Position numbers and translations under genes: made by a program
The notes under the pieces: generated by a model
The model's input: the letters and a program-made list of their open reading frames with translations, nothing else
Databases searched by the model: none
Told to the model about the DNA's origin: nothing
Shown: positions 15,947-18,550 of the stretch, in pieces
Layout: every line of letters begins with the position of its first letter
Position numbering within the stretch: the stretch's first letter is position 1
Assembly: GCA_046759445.1 (NCBI GenBank)
Contig: JBHICG010000067.1
Span: 1 to 18,550, forward strand
DNA: 18,550 nt
From: Candidatus Scalinduaceae bacterium
GTDB lineage: Bacteria; Planctomycetota; Brocadiia; Brocadiales; Scalinduaceae
Direction: 5' to 3'

Positions 15947-18403
15947 ATGCTACATCAAAATGTTATATCACAAATAAAAAGAATCCGATTATCTTGTTTC
16001 CTTCCTTCGAACATCATTTCTCTTGTAGTATTAAGTTTAATATTATTTTTTACCAATATTAATATTTATGCAGCTCAAGTTAGTTTAGTGTGGAATCCCA
16101 ACAGTGAAAGTGATCTTGCTGGTTACAAGCTTTATTATGGATTTTCGAGTAGGAACTATGATTCCAGTGTTGATGTTGGTAACCAAACAAGTTATACACT
16201 TACGGGCCTTGTAAGCGGTGTAACTTATTATATTGCAGCAACTGCATACGATTTTTCCGGCAATGAAAGTAATTACTCTGCGGAGATAAGTTACAATGTT
16301 CCAGATACCACACTACCTTCAACACCAACTAACCTCCAGGCGACAGCTATTTCCGTATCCCAAATCGATCTTTCCTGGAATGCGTCAACTGATAATGTAG
16401 GAGTAACAGGTTACAAGATATACAGAGATGGTACTCAAATTACCACTACTGCAAACACAACCTTTCAAGATACAGGATTAAGTCCATCAACAACATATAC
16501 TTACTCCGTCTCTGCTTATGATGCGGCAGGGAATGAATCTGGACAATCGTATACAACTTCTGCAACCACCTTTCTTTTGCCTACTAACAATCCTCCTGTA
16601 TTATCTCCTATTGGCAATAAATCAGTTAGCGAAGTCCAAACATTAAGTTTTACAATTTCTGCTACTGATCTTGATGGTGAAACCCTGAGTTTTACGGCCA
16701 GCAATCTCCCCTCTGGAGCAATCTTTAATGGAAGCACCAAGACCTTCTCATGGACACCAACATACAGTCAAGCAGGAACTTACTCTAATATAGTTTTTCA
16801 AGTAAGTGATGGCAAAGATATTGATTCAGAGAGTATAACGATAACGGTAGTTAACGTCAATCGTGCACCAGTGCTTGATCCGATATTAAACATTACAGTC
16901 AATGAGGGTGTTACCCTAACCCTTAATCCTACAGCCACTGATCCAGATGGAGACCCTCTGACGTATACATATTCTGGCTGGATGACTTCAGCAAGTTACA
17001 CAACAAATTTTAATGATGCAGGCACTCATACAGTAACAGTTACGGTAAGTGATGGCTCATTAACAGATTCACAGGATGTTACGATAATGGTAGTTAACAC
17101 TAATCGTGCACCAGTACTTAATCAGATATCAAACATTACAGTCAATGAAGGTGATACTATAACCCTTAATCCTACAGCCACTGATCCAGATGGAGATCCA
17201 CTGACATATACTTATTCTGGCTGGATGACTTCTGCAAGTTACACAACAAATTTTACTGATGCAGGCACTCATACAGTAACAGTTACGGTAAGTGATGGCT
17301 CATTAACAGATTCACAGGATGTTATGATAACTGTTATTGATGTAGATATTATTTCACCTTCAACACCAACCAGCCTTCAGGCGACAGTCGTCTCAACATC
17401 ACAAATTGATCTCTCCTGGAATGCTTCAACGGACAATGTAGGAGTAACAGGTTATAGGATATATAGAGATGGGGTTCAAATTGCTAATGTTACCAGTACC
17501 TCATATCAAGACACAGGATTAGGTCCGTCAACTACCTATATTTATACCGTCTCTGCCTACGATTCTGCAGGAAATGAGTCAGCGCAAAGTAATCAAGCAA
17601 CGGCAACAACTTCCGAATTTGATACTACTCCGCCGACGGTAATCTCTGTCAGTGCAGGTGGTGTTTCGACCCAGATTGTCGTGGTATTCAGTGAGCCTGT
17701 AGAGCTCTCAAGTGCAACAAACATATCAAACTACAACGTTAACAATGGAATCACGGTCTCAAGTGCTTCATTGGGTTCAGATTTAAAAACCGTAACTCTA
17801 ACTACAAGTCCGCACACAGAGGGTCTTTCTTATACATTAATCATCAACAACGTAAAAGACCGAGCAAGCATCCCCAATGTAATTGCTCCCAATACCACGG
17901 AGAACTATACGTTTATAGCTCAATTAATAATAAGTAACCTAACCGTAGCCAGTGGTAAGCCATATGAGGTTGTCCAGAGTGGAATCCACAATGGAGAACT
18001 TGTCTACATTGACCGAACATATACATATAGTAATGTACCTACTCTAATAGAAGGAGCCATATACATCAAGACTGCCAATGGCGACAAAGCATCAACCAGC
18101 TCTTCGTTTATTACATTTGAAGTGAATCAAGATGTAACTGTGTATATCGCTCATGACGACCGTATCACCACAAAACCCTCCTGGATGACGTCCTTCACTG
18201 ATACTGGTGATGATCTTGTGATAGCGGCTCGGACACACAGTATTTGGAAGAAAGATTTCACGACAAGTACAATCACACTTGGCGGAAATGAAGGTGGTGG
18301 AAATAGCATGTATACGGTTATAATAGTAGGGCAAGGAACGGGTTCAGCGCCCGACACTACCCCGCCAACTCCCCCACAAGGGATAGTACTAACTGTGCAG
18401 TAA
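15947..18403 (+). CDS. Secreted or surface Fn3 and Ig/cadherin-like repeat protein
   Basis: Hydrophobic signal segment (aa ~23-42), three Fn3 domains (LSW..., GYKIYRDG, YSVSAYDAAGNES), three NxPPVL/NRAPVL cadherin/PKD-like domains with DxDGD/E loops, an Ig-like domain (DTTPPTV...FSEPV) and an unassigned C-terminal beta domain. S/T-rich. Confidence 0.88.
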   Translation: MLHQNVISQIKRIRLSCFLPSNIISLVVLSLILFFTNINIYAAQVSLVWNPNSESDLAGYKLYYGFSSRNYDSSVDVGNQTSYTLTGLVSGVTYYIAATAYDFSGNESNYSAEISYNVPDTTLPSTPTNLQATAISVSQIDLSWNASTDNVGVTGYKIYRDGTQITTTANTTFQDTGLSPSTTYTYSVSAYDAAGNESGQSYTTSATTFLLPTNNPPVLSPIGNKSVSEVQTLSFTISATDLDGETLSFTASNLPSGAIFNGSTKTFSWTPTYSQAGTYSNIVFQVSDGKDIDSESITITVVNVNRAPVLDPILNITVNEGVTLTLNPTATDPDGDPLTYTYSGWMTSASYTTNFNDAGTHTVTVTVSDGSLTDSQDVTIMVVNTNRAPVLNQISNITVNEGDTITLNPTATDPDGDPLTYTYSGWMTSASYTTNFTDAGTHTVTVTVSDGSLTDSQDVMITVIDVDIISPSTPTSLQATVVSTSQIDLSWNASTDNVGVTGYRIYRDGVQIANVTSTSYQDTGLGPSTTYIYTVSAYDSAGNESAQSNQATATTSEFDTTPPTVISVSAGGVSTQIVVVFSEPVELSSATNISNYNVNNGITVSSASLGSDLKTVTLTTSPHTEGLSYTLIINNVKDRASIPNVIAPNTTENYTFIAQLIISNLTVASGKPYEVVQSGIHNGELVYIDRTYTYSNVPTLIEGAIYIKTANGDKASTSSSFITFEVNQDVTVYIAHDDRITTKPSWMTSFTDTGDDLVIAARTHSIWKKDFTTSTITLGGNEGGGNSMYTVIIVGQGTGSAPDTTPPTPPQGIVLTVQ
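16304..17611 (+). repeat. Dispersed Fn3 duplication (16304-~16570 and 17345-~17611)
   Basis: Both encode PSTPT(N/S)LQAT...SQIDLSWNASTDNVGVTGY(K/R)IYRDG...QDTGL.PSTTY.Y.VSAYD.AGNES, with visible DNA identity. Confidence 0.85.
16846..17331 (+). repeat. Intragenic tandem duplication, 2 x 243 bp (81 aa)
   Basis: GGTAGTTAAC at 16846 and 17089; the two units are nearly identical in DNA. Confidence 0.9.
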
Positions 18404-18405
18404 AA

Positions 18406-18545
18406 CCCGTTAGAAGTTACTAATTTTCATGCGAATTAAATATATACCGTTTTTAGGTACCCTCGATAATTCTCTTTCTAAGGGGGGGGGGCAAATCGTA
18501 ACTCATTGATAGGTAAGCCACTGGTTTTACCAGTGAGACTATCAA
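18406..18545. repeat. Two adjacent palindromic elements downstream of the Fn3 gene
   Basis: CCCGTTAGAA(18406-15)/TTCTAAGGGG(18476-85) IR, then TTGATAG...CACTGGT-TTT-ACCAGTG...CTATCAA hairpin (18506-18545). Confidence 0.5.
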
Positions 18546-18550
18546 AGGTT

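Noticed and set aside
1047..18357. Short ORFs antisense to or overlapping the main genes in the ORF track
   Set aside because: Shadow frames of well-supported genes with no independent motifs.

Overview
AT-rich bacterial chromosomal window, mostly housekeeping genes. Gene content and repeat style suggest an anammox/Planctomycetota (Brocadiales-like) origin, which is inference only. Gene order: 5' part of hisS (-), OPT-family transporter (+), HAMP histidine kinase with a PhnD-like binding protein (-), an orphan protein with a degenerate HEPN-like C-terminus (-), bioF (-), cutA (+), an O-methyltransferase-hldE-gmhA operon (-), rpmE-prfA-prmC (+), a 77-aa basic ORF (+), and a large secreted Fn3/Ig-repeat protein (+). 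The most interesting region is 15316-18403. It runs promoter, small basic ORF, putative antiterminator hairpin overlapping a long intrinsic terminator, c-di-GMP-I riboswitch 9 nt later, anti-SD platform, then a surface protein whose N-terminal Fn3 appears to lack strand A while its extreme C-terminus is a lone strand A (possible donor-strand polymer). Also present: three copies of a ~106-bp MITE-like element (one carrying ~128 extra nt), nested REP-like clusters, and a ~135-nt structured RNA candidate antisense to a 40-aa hydrophobic ORF between bioF and cutA.
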